Source of the DNA: a plasmid
NCBI RefSeq assembly: GCF_055900595.2
Contig: NZ_JBVWEU010000003.1
Length of the DNA: 64,000 nucleotides
Reading direction: 5' to 3' (one strand)
Position numbers and translations under genes: made by a program. Position 1 is the stretch's first letter. Each line of letters opens with the position of its first letter. Of the stretch, positions 1 to 9,275 are shown piece by piece. The notes below the pieces were generated by a model, which was not told where the DNA came from, did not search any database, and worked only from the letters and a program-made list of their open reading frames with translations.

Positions 1-75
1 GCTTTCGCTCCTCTGAAGGGGCACATGAACGTCCCGTCGCCGGTATCCGGTTTATCTCACATCTTTCAGTCAGGA
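1..75 (+). promoter_or_regulatory. 3' end of an ssi/Frpo-like single-strand promoter element, truncated by the window edge, immediately upstream of ssb
   Basis: Window starts with GCTTTCGCTCCTC..., resembling the GGAGCTTCGCTCCTCCGGG hairpin at the 3' end of the two full repeat copies (6350-6380, 9208-9230); lies just upstream of the ssb RBS. Confidence 0.35.
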
Positions 76-82
76 GGTTCTT

Positions 83-610
83 ATGAGTGCACGTGGTATC
101 AACAAGGTCATCCTCGTCGGGCGTCTGGGCAATGATCCGGAAGTCCGTTACATCCCCAACGGGGGTGCAGTGGCAAACCTGCAGGTGGCTACGTCAGAAA
201 GCTGGCGCGACAAACAGACGGGGGAGATGCGGGAGCAGACGGAATGGCACCGCGTGGTGCTGTTCGGCAAGCTCGCGGAAGTGGCAGGTGAATATCTGCG
301 CAAGGGCGCGCAGGTCTACATCGAGGGGCAACTCCGTACCCGTAGCTGGGAAGATAACGGTATCACCCGTTACGTCACTGAAATTCTTGTTAAGACCACG
401 GGCACCATGCAGATGCTGGGGAGTGCACCACAGCAGAACGCTCAGGCGCAACCGAAGCCTCAGCAGAATGGGCAGCCACAGAGTGCTGACGCGACGAAAA
501 AAGGTGGCGCGAAAACGAAAGGCCGTGGACGTAAGGCCGCGCAGCCCGAGTCTCAGCCGCAACCGCCGGAGGGGGAGGATTACGGGTTTTCAGACGATAT
601 CCCGTTCTGA
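83..610 (+). CDS. ssb: Plasmid single-stranded DNA-binding protein
   Basis: 175 aa; OB-fold N-terminus, Gln/Pro-rich linker and the acidic C-terminal tail ending DDIPF typical of SSB; AGGAGG RBS upstream. Confidence 0.95.
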   Translation: MSARGINKVILVGRLGNDPEVRYIPNGGAVANLQVATSESWRDKQTGEMREQTEWHRVVLFGKLAEVAGEYLRKGAQVYIEGQLRTRSWEDNGITRYVTEILVKTTGTMQMLGSAPQQNAQAQPKPQQNGQPQSADATKKGGAKTKGRGRKAAQPESQPQPPEGEDYGFSDDIPF

Positions 611-628
611 CTGGCCTGACTGTGATAA

Positions 629-901
<273 letters not shown>

Positions 902-964
902 GAGAGGTGCCGGACGGGAACGCGTCCGGCAGACATACAACCATCCCGGTCAAAGGAGAAATAT

Positions 965-2923
965 ATGTCAGTTACAGAGTCTAAGACAAAAACGGAGCGT
1001 AAATCCAGCCGTAAACCTGCAAAAACGCAGGAAACAGTCCTGTCTGCCCTGCTGGCGCAGACGGAGGAAGTGAGCGTGCCGCTGGCCTCACTGATTAAGT
1101 CACCGCTGAATGTGCGCACGGTGCCGTATTCTGCGGAGTCCGTCAGTGAACTGGCTGATTCCATTAAGGGGGTCGGCCTGCTGCAGAATCTGGTTGTTCA
1201 TGCCCTGCCAGGTGACCGCCACGGTGTCGCCGCAGGTGGTCGCCGACTGGCTGCACTCAATATGCTGGCAGAGCGTGGCATCATTCCGGCGGACTGGCCT
1301 GTCCGCGTGAAGGTTATTCCGCAGGAACTGGCGACGGCGGCATCAATGACTGAAAACGGTCATCGTCGGGATATGCACCCTGCTGAACAGATTGCCGGAT
1401 TCCGCGCAATGGCGCAGGAAGGCAAAACACCTGCACAAATCGGTGATTTGCTGGGCTATTCACCCCGCCATGTCCAGCGAATGCTGAAACTGGCTGACCT
1501 TGCGCCTGTCATCCTCGATGCGCTGGCAGAAGACCTCATCACCACCGAGCACTGTCAGGCGCTGGCGCTGGAGAACGACACCGCTCGTCAGGTGCAGGTG
1601 TTTGAAGCCGCCTGTCAGTCAGGATGGGGCGGTAAACCGGAAGTGCAGACCATTCGTCGTCTGGTGACCGAAAGTGAAGTGGCGGTGGCGGGGAACAGTA
1701 AATTCCGCTTCGTGGGGGCTGATGCCTTCTCGCCAGATGAACTGCGCACCGATTTGTTCAGCGATGACGGGGACGGTTATGTCGACCGCGTGGCGCTCGA
1801 TGCCGCCCTGCTGGAAAAACTCCAGGCTGTCGCTGAACACCTTCGGGAAGCCGAAGGCTGGGAATGGTGCGCCGGACGTATGGAGCCTGTCGGTTTCTGC
1901 CGTGAGGATGCCGGAACATACCGCAGTCTGCCGGAGCCGGAAGCTGTGCTGACGGAGGCGGAAGAAGAACGCCTGAACGAACTGATGGCACGTTACGACG
2001 CGCTGGAAAATCAGTGTGAGGAATCCGACCTGCTGGAAGCAGAAATGAAGCTGATGCGCTGCATGGCGAAGGTCAGGGCGTGGACGCCGGAGATGCGTGC
2101 CGGAAGTGGCGTGGTGGTGTCCTGGCGTTATGGAAACGTATGTGTCCAGCGTGGTGTGCAGTTGCGCAGTGAGGATGACGTGGCTGACGACGCTGGCCGC
2201 ACGGAACAGGTGCAGGAGAAAGCCTCCGTGGAGGGAATCAGTCTGCCGCTGCTGACGAAAATGTCTTCCGAACGCACGCTGGCAGTCCAGGCGGCACTGA
2301 TGCAGCAGCCGGACAAATCCCTGGCACTGCTGGCATGGACGCTCTGCCTGAATGTGTTTGGCAGCGGAGCGTACAGTAAACCAGCACAAATCAGCCTGGA
2401 ATGTAAACATTATTCGCTGACCAGCGATGCGCCATCGGGGAAGGAAGGTGCCGCGTTCATGGCGATGATGGCAGAAAAAGCCCGTCTTGCGGCCCTGTTA
2501 CCGGGGGGATGGTCACGGGACATGACGACGTTCCTTTCACTCAGTCAGGAGGTGCTGTTATCCCTGCTCAGTTTCTGCACCGCGTGCAGCATCCACGGCG
2601 TTCAGACCCGCGAGTGTGGTCACACGCCACGCAGCCCGCTGGACACGCTGGAGAGCGCCATCGGTTTTCACATGCGCGACTGGTGGCAGCCGACAAAAGC
2701 AAACTTCTTCGGACACCTGAAAAAGCCGCAGATTATCGCAGCCCTGAATGAGGCAGGACTGTCCGGTGCCGCACGGGACGCGGAGAAGATGAAGAAAGGC
2801 GATGCGGCTGAACATGCAGAGTTCCATATGAAAGACAACCGCTGGGTGCCTGGCTGGATGTGTGCACCACGTCCACAGACGGATACCACTGAACGCACTG
2901 ATAACCTGGCTGATGCCGCCTGA
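965..2923 (+). CDS. ParB-like nuclease domain protein of the leading region
   Basis: 652 aa; N-terminal ParB/Sulfiredoxin-like segment (LQNLVVHALPGD...GGRRLAAL) plus HTH-like segment (PAQIGDLLGYSPRHVQRMLKLA); conserved position upstream of psiB. Confidence 0.8.
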   Translation: MSVTESKTKTERKSSRKPAKTQETVLSALLAQTEEVSVPLASLIKSPLNVRTVPYSAESVSELADSIKGVGLLQNLVVHALPGDRHGVAAGGRRLAALNMLAERGIIPADWPVRVKVIPQELATAASMTENGHRRDMHPAEQIAGFRAMAQEGKTPAQIGDLLGYSPRHVQRMLKLADLAPVILDALAEDLITTEHCQALALENDTARQVQVFEAACQSGWGGKPEVQTIRRLVTESEVAVAGNSKFRFVGADAFSPDELRTDLFSDDGDGYVDRVALDAALLEKLQAVAEHLREAEGWEWCAGRMEPVGFCREDAGTYRSLPEPEAVLTEAEEERLNELMARYDALENQCEESDLLEAEMKLMRCMAKVRAWTPEMRAGSGVVVSWRYGNVCVQRGVQLRSEDDVADDAGRTEQVQEKASVEGISLPLLTKMSSERTLAVQAALMQQPDKSLALLAWTLCLNVFGSGAYSKPAQISLECKHYSLTSDAPSGKEGAAFMAMMAEKARLAALLPGGWSRDMTTFLSLSQEVLLSLLSFCTACSIHGVQTRECGHTPRSPLDTLESAIGFHMRDWWQPTKANFFGHLKKPQIIAALNEAGLSGAARDAEKMKKGDAAEHAEFHMKDNRWVPGWMCAPRPQTDTTERTDNLADAA

Positions 2924-2974
2924 TGAACAACCACACCGCCCCGCCGGAGACGGGGCGGCAGCAAGGGAGATACC

Positions 2975-3412
2975 GTGATGAAAACTGAACTGACCCTGAA
3001 TGTATTACAGACCATGAGTGCACAGGAATATGAAGATATCCGTGCTGCGGGAAGCGATATGCGCCGTAATCTCACTCACGAGGTGATGCGTGAAGTGGAC
3101 GCACCGGCTAACTGGATGATGAATGGCGAGTATGGCAGTGAGTTCGGGGGCTTTTTCCCCGTCCAGGTTCGTTTCACGCCAGCCCACGAACGTTTCCACC
3201 TGGTATTATGTTCGCCGGGAGAAGTCTCTCAGCTCTGGATGCTGGTTCTGGTGAATGGTGGTGGACAGCCTTTCGCCGTCGTTCAGGTGCAACATATCTT
3301 CACGCCTGTCGCGATCAGTCACACGCTGGCGCTCGCCGCGACACTTGATGCGCAGGGATACAGTGTTAACGACATCATTCATATTTTGATGGCAGAAGGA
3401 GGTCAGGCATGA
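2975..3412 (+). CDS. psiB: Plasmid SOS inhibition protein B
   Basis: 145 aa; near-identical over its length to PsiB as recalled ([13 protein letters not shown]...[13 protein letters not shown]). Confidence 0.95.
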   Translation: MMKTELTLNVLQTMSAQEYEDIRAAGSDMRRNLTHEVMREVDAPANWMMNGEYGSEFGGFFPVQVRFTPAHERFHLVLCSPGEVSQLWMLVLVNGGGQPFAVVQVQHIFTPVAISHTLALAATLDAQGYSVNDIIHILMAEGGQA

Positions 3413-4128
3413 GCGCACGTTCACGGGCACTGATCCCCCTCAGCGCAGAACAACAGGCCGCCATGCAGGCTGTGGCTGTCACCGAACAACGTCGTCGTCA
3501 GGGACGCACACTTTCAGCATGGCCTTATGCCAGCGCTTTCTTTCGCTGCCTGAATGGCAGTCGCCGGATTTCGCTGACCGATCTCCGCTTTTTTGCTCCT
3601 GCGCTGACGAAGGAGGAATTTCATGGCAACCGTCTCCTGTGGCTGGCTGCCGTGGATAAACTGATTGAAAGTTTTGGTGAAGTCTGTGTTCTTCCCCTGC
3701 CATCCGATGCGGGGCACCGTCTGTTCCCGTCCGTTCCTTTTCGTGAAGGTGAGCGTCGTCGTCAGAAAACCACGCTGACAGAGCAGAAATACAGCCGCCA
3801 GCGGGAACGTGAGGCAGAACGACGGGAACTGGAATACCAGACATGTTTTGCTCAGGCGCAGATTGACCTTGCGTTTCATACTCCCTCCACGGTCGGAAGC
3901 TGGTTGTCCCGCTGGTCTGGTGTTGTTGAGGAGCATGATCTGGAAACGATTTTCTGGGGGTGGTGCGGGCGTTTTCCGTCACTGTCATCATTTGACCGTT
4001 TTTTCTGGCAGGAGGAACCACTCTGGCGGCTGATTTTTGAAGCCGGTGAGGCCGGTCGTGGTGCACCGGTACAGGTACGTGCACTTGAGCAGTGGATGAT
4101 CCCGAACAAGCTGGAGAACGTAATATGA
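3409..4128 (+). CDS. psiA: Plasmid SOS inhibition protein A
   Basis: 239 aa; start overlaps the psiB stop (ATGA); matches PsiA N-terminus (MSARS.ALIPLS.EQQAA...[19 protein letters not shown]). Confidence 0.95.
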   Translation: MSARSRALIPLSAEQQAAMQAVAVTEQRRRQGRTLSAWPYASAFFRCLNGSRRISLTDLRFFAPALTKEEFHGNRLLWLAAVDKLIESFGEVCVLPLPSDAGHRLFPSVPFREGERRRQKTTLTEQKYSRQREREAERRELEYQTCFAQAQIDLAFHTPSTVGSWLSRWSGVVEEHDLETIFWGWCGRFPSLSSFDRFFWQEEPLWRLIFEAGEAGRGAPVQVRALEQWMIPNKLENVI

Positions 4129-4721
4129 TGAAATCAGACGAAAAATACCAGGTTCCCGCGTGGATGCGACCTCTGTTGCCGTTGCTCTGCAACACCGGGG
4201 AGAACGATCCGGAAGAACTGCTGAATGATACAGAAACCACTGCCAGTGCGAATGTTGTCCGTTATGTACTGATAGTTGCAGTGCGGTCGCAGGTTGATCT
4301 GCTGCAGCTTCTGTACAGGAAAGGGCTGTTGCGCACAGAGATACCAGGTGGCTTTTCACCGGAAGAAGCGCAGGAACTCCTGGATAATCTGGTGCGCAGC
4401 CATATCAGCAGGGCGCTGTCGGGTGAGCGAATGGCAGCCCGTGACAGGAATGCCGATCTGGCCTGGATTCGACAGCAACTGGTCGATGCCGCCTGGTTTG
4501 TCCGTGCCACACTGGAAGCGCATGGGATGAGCGTCGGAAATGAGAGTCCCCCTGCTCAGCCGGAGACAATGCCGGACATACAGACACGGGAACTGGTGAT
4601 GTTGATCAAGCGACTGGCATCATCGCTGAAAGCGGTGAAACCGGACAGTTGTGTGGTGCGTGAAGCGCAGGACTGGCTGCGCGACAGAAAACTTGTGAGC
4701 ATCACGGATGTTCTTCGGTGA
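4125..4721 (+). CDS. Hypothetical leading-region protein
   Basis: ATG overlapping the psiA stop (TAATATGATG); about 199 aa, acidic, no recognisable motif. Confidence 0.5.
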   Translation: MMKSDEKYQVPAWMRPLLPLLCNTGENDPEELLNDTETTASANVVRYVLIVAVRSQVDLLQLLYRKGLLRTEIPGGFSPEEAQELLDNLVRSHISRALSGERMAARDRNADLAWIRQQLVDAAWFVRATLEAHGMSVGNESPPAQPETMPDIQTRELVMLIKRLASSLKAVKPDSCVVREAQDWLRDRKLVSITDVLR

Positions 4722-5185
4722 ACCAGTGGAGGTATGCTTGAGGGGCAGGGACATGCCGGTCATGATCGTTTCGTTCCAGGGGTGGTCTGGAGATCATGCG
4801 GCGTGTCCTCTGCACTCGCCGGAATAAGGACGTCGCCGCCGGCTCCGCTTTTACCCGGCCATGCGGGGCATGGCCTTGTGGGTTTTCAGTTATGTGGCCG
4901 CCGTGTCGTGTGCGGGCTGTGCCGTGCCTCCATCGTAGCCGGGCTTCTGCGGGCGGGATGCAAGGTAAGATGAACCGCTGCGGTCACCCGGTCCCTCCTT
5001 CCCGTCTGCCGTGATTTTCCGGTCGTTCACCCGCTCAGATTTCGCGGTCTCACCCTCCAACTCCCGTCAGCCGTGCGCGTCGGGCTGCGGCTTTCCTTGC
5101 GCCCTTGCATCCCTGCAGGCCCGGCAAAGATGGAGGCACGGCACCGCCCGGTGTCGCAGAACATGTGACTATGGAGGATTCGGGA

Positions 5186-5686
5186 ATGTCTGTTGTTGCA
5201 CCTGCTGTATACGTTGGAACCTGGCACAAATATAACTGCGGAAGCATCGCCGGCCGCTGGTTTGACCTGACCACGTTTGATGATGAACGCGATTTTTTCG
5301 CCGCCTGCCGTGCCCTTCACCAGGATGAAACCGATCCGGAACTGATGTTTCAGGATTATGAGGGTTTCCCGGGGAATATGGCCTCTGAATGTCATATCAA
5401 CTGGGCCTGGGTTGAAGGCTTCCGCCGGGCACGGGATGAAGGCTGCGAAGAGGCTTATCGTCTCTGGGTGGATGATACCGGTGAGACGGATTTTGACAGC
5501 TTCCGCGATGCCTGGTGGGGCGAGGCTGACAGTGAGGAGGCTTTTGCGGTTGAGTTCGTCAGTGATACCGGCCTGCTGGCTGACGTGCCGGAGACGGTGG
5601 CGCTCTATTTTGACTATGAGGCGTATGCGCGGGATTTATTCCTGGACTCCTTCACCTTTATTGACGGTCATGTGTTCCGTCGGTGA
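5186..5686 (+). CDS. ardA: Antirestriction protein ArdA (type I R-M inhibitor, DNA mimic)
   Basis: 166 aa from the in-frame ATG at 5186, preceded by GGAGG; highly acidic; matches ColIb-P9 ArdA as recalled (MSVVAPAVYVGTWHKYNCGSIAGRWFDL...IDGHVFRR). Confidence 0.9.
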   Translation: MSVVAPAVYVGTWHKYNCGSIAGRWFDLTTFDDERDFFAACRALHQDETDPELMFQDYEGFPGNMASECHINWAWVEGFRRARDEGCEEAYRLWVDDTGETDFDSFRDAWWGEADSEEAFAVEFVSDTGLLADVPETVALYFDYEAYARDLFLDSFTFIDGHVFRR

Positions 5687-6024
5687 TTTACTCCCCCGCT
5701 CCGGCGGGGGTATGGCCTGCCGGGCCGCCGGAAAACCCTGGCAGGCTTACGCCTGCCTGAAATGCAGGAGGGCCGCGCCTGCGGCGCTGCCCTTCCTGCC
5801 CGTCATGGTGTGAGGCATTTTTCTGTTATGTCGTTTCTGTTGTTCTGATTTCCGGAGGCGGGGACACCCTTCGGCTCCCGGCTGCCTGGCGGCATCCGGT
5901 CGTCAGGCCCGACTCCGACAGGCAGCTGCTGGCGCACCCGCCAGTCTCCGCCGAACCCGCTGGCGCGGTTTCGGGCTGCCGCTACGGTCCGATGTCTGAA
6001 AAACCAGGCCTGCAGCGACCGTTC

Positions 6025-6400
6025 CGGTCGCGCCGCCCCTGTCGCGCCGGAAACGGCGCTCCCTGCACACCTGACGGTGTGTAAGGCCACTGCGCCTGAT
6101 GGCGCAGTTGTCTGCCCTTCCGCCGCCACCCCTGCGGCCTGTTTCCCGCTGTGGACTTTCCGGGGGCTGAAGCGGCCACAACACGTTTCAGCCGTCCAGG
6201 GGAGAGATGTACCAGCCACAAAACTTTTTGCCGCAGGCGTCAAAAACTTTTGCGTCTGCCCCCGGACAACTGCCCCGTGCCGTGGCAGTCGCTGCCCCAT
6301 CGGAAAGGTCCACTGCGGGGAGAAACCCCGAAGAAGTGGACGGCAGAAGGGGCTTTCGCCCCTCCGGGGAATAACCGGTCGGCCCGGCGACCTGATTCAG
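6025..6400 (+). promoter_or_regulatory. ssi/Frpo-like single-strand promoter element (repeat copy B)
   Basis: About 370-bp GC-rich non-coding element, near-identical in blocks to 8895-9255; several short hairpins (ACACC-TGAC-GGTGT, CTGCGCC-TGAT-GGCGCAG, GGGGC-TTTC-GCCCC); directly upstream of a + strand gene block. Confidence 0.6.
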
Positions 6401-6417
6401 CAGAAGGAGACGTTTTC

Positions 6418-6852
6418 ATGACAGTCAGCAGCACGATTTCCGTTTTTTGCCGAGACGGGGTGTTCCGTACCGTTTACTGCCACCTGCACGGTGAGCCGAC
6501 CTGGAACGGTCGCATCCTGCATACCCACTATGCCACCGGTCAGCTGGCCGAAGCCCTGGTTGAACACGGAGATATCCGTTGCCTCGGTCCCCGTTGCGAC
6601 AAACCCGCCGGGCATACGCTTCAGAACCCGGTGGACGGTGTGACGGCTTATTACGGACGTGACAGTGGTTTCCGGATGGACAGTGAAGCGCGTGAGTACC
6701 GCTCTTTCAGGGAGGCTATTGCCACTGAAAGCACAGAAGAGGTGCGCTTCCATTATGTGTTCATCGACGGCTACTGGAAGGTGATGTACCGCACGCCGGA
6801 AGGCTGGAAGATGAAAGCGCTCGCGCTGGCACTGCGTCGCTGTCCGGAATGA
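6418..6852 (+). CDS. Hypothetical leading-region protein (first gene after ssi copy B)
   Basis: 144 aa from ATG 6418 with GGAGA RBS; Cys/His-rich N-terminus (CRDG...CHLHGE...C..PRC); no family recognised. Confidence 0.55.
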   Translation: MTVSSTISVFCRDGVFRTVYCHLHGEPTWNGRILHTHYATGQLAEALVEHGDIRCLGPRCDKPAGHTLQNPVDGVTAYYGRDSGFRMDSEAREYRSFREAIATESTEEVRFHYVFIDGYWKVMYRTPEGWKMKALALALRRCPE

Positions 6853-6944
6853 AAAAAAGCAGGGCGATAAACCCTGCCTTTCTCCGCCGGCGCTTCCCCG
6901 TACGGAAGTCCGGCATCTCATTCACTAACTATGGAGATTATGCT

Positions 6945-7211
6945 ATGAGGCCATCAATTATCTTCGCAACCGCCGAGTATGTAAAGCGTCTGCGTGAAGA
7001 GTGCCGGCGGGAGAACAAACCCCTGCACCGCCATACCCGCTTCAGACGCCAGGAACTGGCACCGGATGAGATTAACCCGGACGTCCTGGCGATGGGCGGT
7101 CATATCGCCAGACGCTGCAGTGAGCGGAAGCGGGTGCGTATCCCCGCCATGAAAGTCAGCGAATGGGGCCACCTGCTCCGCGCGCTTGAAATTGAGCGGG
7201 TCTGCCACTGA
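6945..7211 (+). CDS. Hypothetical small basic protein
   Basis: 88 aa from in-frame ATG 6945 with GGAG 8 nt upstream; Arg-rich. Confidence 0.4.
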   Translation: MRPSIIFATAEYVKRLREECRRENKPLHRHTRFRRQELAPDEINPDVLAMGGHIARRCSERKRVRIPAMKVSEWGHLLRALEIERVCH

Positions 7212-7275
7212 TTAACCCTTGCCGTCTGCCTGTGCAGGCGGCAGGATACGTTCAGACATCTCACCAGGAGGAACC

Positions 7276-8193
7276 GTGAGTAAGAAGAAAACCACCACGA
7301 CGCCCACGCCGCATGATGCCGCGTTCCGGTCGTTCCTGGCGAACCCCGACGTCGCCAGAGATTTTCTGGAACTGCATCTTCCGGCGGAGTACCGGCAGTT
7401 GTGCGACCTGTCCACGCTGAAGCTGGAACCCGCCACCTTTGTTGAGCCGGACCTGCATCAGTACGCCAGCGATATCCTCTGGAGTGTGAAAACCACCGGG
7501 GGTGAAGACGGCTATATTTATACGCTCATCGAGCACCAGAGCACCGAAAATCTGTACATGCCTTTCCGCATGTTACGTTACAGTGTGGCGGCGATGCAGA
7601 GACATCTGGAGCAGCACAAAACATTGCCACTGGTGATTCCGGTGCTGTTCTATCATGGTGAGCGCAGCCCGTACCCGTACAGCATGAACTGGCTGGACTG
7701 TTTTGAGGATCCGGCACTTGCGGCTAAAATATACACAAAGCCGTTTCCGCTGGTTGATATCACTGTCGTTGATGACAATGAAATCATGAACCATCGCCGG
7801 ATGGCCGCACTGACGCTGCTGATGAAGCATATCCGTCAGCGGGATATGCTGATGTGTCTGGACAACCTGGTCAGGGCACTGCAGGACATCCAGGATGAAG
7901 AGCAGATTACAGTTCTTTTCAACTATCTGCTTAATGGCAGCGAACATGTAACGGTTAAATTTTTGCAGACGCTGGCGCAGCGACTGCCGCAGCACGAGGA
8001 CAGCATTATGACACTGGCAGAACGTCTTAAGCAGGAAGGAATACAGCAGGGAATACAGCAGGGAATACAGAAAGGCCGCATGGAGGAGAAGCTGGATATT
8101 GCGCGTCAGCTTCAGAAAACGGGAATGTCATTTGCACAAATCTGTCAGATCACCGGACTTTCTGAAGCCGAACTGAAAAAAATCGCCCACTGA
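7276..8193 (+). CDS. Rpn-family recombination-promoting nuclease (YhgA-like, PD-(D/E)XK)
   Basis: GTG start at 7276 after AGGAGG; N-terminus MSKKKTTTTPTPHDAAFRSFL and core ...YIYTLIEHQS... typical of Rpn proteins; C-terminal GIQQGIQQGIQKG repeat and helical tail. Confidence 0.85.
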   Translation: MSKKKTTTTPTPHDAAFRSFLANPDVARDFLELHLPAEYRQLCDLSTLKLEPATFVEPDLHQYASDILWSVKTTGGEDGYIYTLIEHQSTENLYMPFRMLRYSVAAMQRHLEQHKTLPLVIPVLFYHGERSPYPYSMNWLDCFEDPALAAKIYTKPFPLVDITVVDDNEIMNHRRMAALTLLMKHIRQRDMLMCLDNLVRALQDIQDEEQITVLFNYLLNGSEHVTVKFLQTLAQRLPQHEDSIMTLAERLKQEGIQQGIQQGIQKGRMEEKLDIARQLQKTGMSFAQICQITGLSEAELKKIAH

Positions 8194-8205
8194 GTAAACA
8201 TCACA

Positions 8206-8231
8206 GCCCGGCAAAATGCCGGGCTTTTTTG
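8206..8231 (+). terminator. Rho-independent terminator after the rpn gene
   Basis: GCCCGGC-AAAAT-GCCGGGC stem-loop followed by TTTTTT. Confidence 0.7.
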
Positions 8232-8254
8232 TCAGCAGGAGCAGAGCAAACAGC

Positions 8255-8413
8255 ATGACGATTGCAGAACGTCTTATTCAAAAAGGCGCTCTTGAAGTGG
8301 CGCGGGAAATAGCCTGCCGGCTTCGGGATATGGGCTGGACGCCGGAACGGATTCAGGAGGCAACCGGACTTTCCGGTGAAGAACTGAAAAAACTGTTTCC
8401 TGATGAGCTGTAG
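8255..8413 (+). CDS. Free-standing Rpn C-terminal-domain-like small protein (RpnS-like)
   Basis: 52 aa (MTIAERLIQKGALEVAREIACRLRDMGWTPERIQEATGLSGEELKKLF) resembling the C-terminal tail of the upstream Rpn protein (AERLKQEG...IARQLQKTGMSFAQICQITGLSEAELKKI). Confidence 0.4.
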   Translation: MTIAERLIQKGALEVAREIACRLRDMGWTPERIQEATGLSGEELKKLFPDEL

Positions 8414-8443
8414 CCTGGCATTCTGCCAGGCTGTGAATCACGC

Positions 8444-8695
8444 TCACACATCCTCTGCCGTTTCCCCCAGTTCATTTTCCAGTCGCCTGATGATATCTGC
8501 CTTACGCATCCCCTGCATGTGAGGCAGCAGGTCACGGACTGAAAGAGCCTGGGTGGTCCTCCAGACGGTGACGTCCACCTGTTCCGCATTTTCCCAGGCG
8601 TGCCATGTTCTCTGCGTCACGCCAAATTCTCTGGCCGCTTTTTCGCGTGACCAGAGCATGCTTTTTCGCCAGATTCGCAGTTCCCAGCCGGTCAT
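8444..8695 (-). CDS. Small HTH DNA-binding protein (Cro/XRE-like), opposite strand to the leading-region genes
   Basis: 83 aa; LWSREKAAREFGVTQRTWHAWE helix-turn-helix-like segment; ATG at 8695-8693. Confidence 0.55.
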   Translation of the reverse strand: MTGWELRIWRKSMLWSREKAAREFGVTQRTWHAWENAEQVDVTVWRTTQALSVRDLLPHMQGMRKADIIRRLENELGETAEDV

Positions 8696-8710
8696 AAAAC
8701 ACCTTTGAAA

Positions 8711-8796
8711 AAGTGAAAAAACTTCACTTTATTTTATCATCATAATCATCAAATCAGCGCGATAAATAAGTGTGAAAAAGTGAAGAAATTTCACTT
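8711..8796. promoter_or_regulatory. Two identical palindromic operator-like sites AAGTGAA-N5-TTCACTT (8711-8729 and 8778-8796)
   Basis: Perfect 7-bp inverted half-sites with 5-bp spacers, twice, in an AT-rich stretch just upstream of the - strand HTH gene start. Confidence 0.55.
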
Positions 8797-8894
8797 TTTT
8801 TTGATTGTGGGTGTCGTGCTGTTTTCTCTGTTTTCACCTGTGCGGGAGTGGTGCGCCAGTGACCACAGCATGCCGTTGTTGTGCCGTCGGTTTT

Positions 8895-9255
8895 CTCCGG
8901 TCGCGCCGGATGCGGCGCTCCCTGCACACCTGACGGTGTGTAAGGCCACTGCGCCTGATGGCGCAGCTGTCTCTGCCTGTCTGCCGCCGCACTGCGGCCC
9001 GTTCTCCGCAGACGGACTTTCCGGGGGTACATACACGACCACATCCCGTTTCAGTCGTCCAGGGGAGAGATGTACCAGCCACAAAACTTTTTGCCGCAGG
9101 CGTCAAAAACTTTTGCGTCTGCCCCCGGACAACTGCCCCGTGACGTGGTGAGCGTCCCCCGTCGGAAAGGTCCACTGCGGGGAAATCCCCGAAGACCCGG
9201 ACGGCAGAAGGAGCTTCGCTCCTCCGGGAAATGACCTGGCTGACCCGGCAGTCGT
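8895..9255 (+). promoter_or_regulatory. ssi/Frpo-like single-strand promoter element (repeat copy C, oriT-proximal)
   Basis: Shares long near-identical blocks with 6025-6400 (for example GCGCTCCCTGCACACCTGACGGTGTGTAAGGCCACTGCGCCTGATGGCGCAG and CAGCCACAAAACTTTTTGCCGCAGGCGTCAAAAACTTTTGCGTCTGCCCCCGGACAACTGCCCCGTG). Confidence 0.6.
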
Positions 9256-9275
9256 GACGATGAGGAGACAATGTG

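Noticed and set aside
1619-2410. 263-aa antisense ORF inside the ParB-like gene, and similar long antisense ORFs throughout (for example 3479-4240, 5803-6300, 6397-6921, 27140-28078)
   Set aside because: High-GC coding DNA generates long stop-free antisense frames; they overlap well-supported genes and have low-complexity, Arg/Cys-rich compositions with no RBS context.
5105-5185. N-terminal 27-aa extension of the ardA ORF (start at 5105)
   Set aside because: Canonical ArdA, as recalled, begins MSVVAPAVYVG at 5186, which has a GGAGG RBS; the upstream extension lies in the GC-rich structured leader.
8216-8254. Longer version of the Rpn-C-like mini-ORF starting at 8216
   Set aside because: That start lies inside the rpn terminator hairpin; the in-frame ATG at 8255 is the more plausible start.
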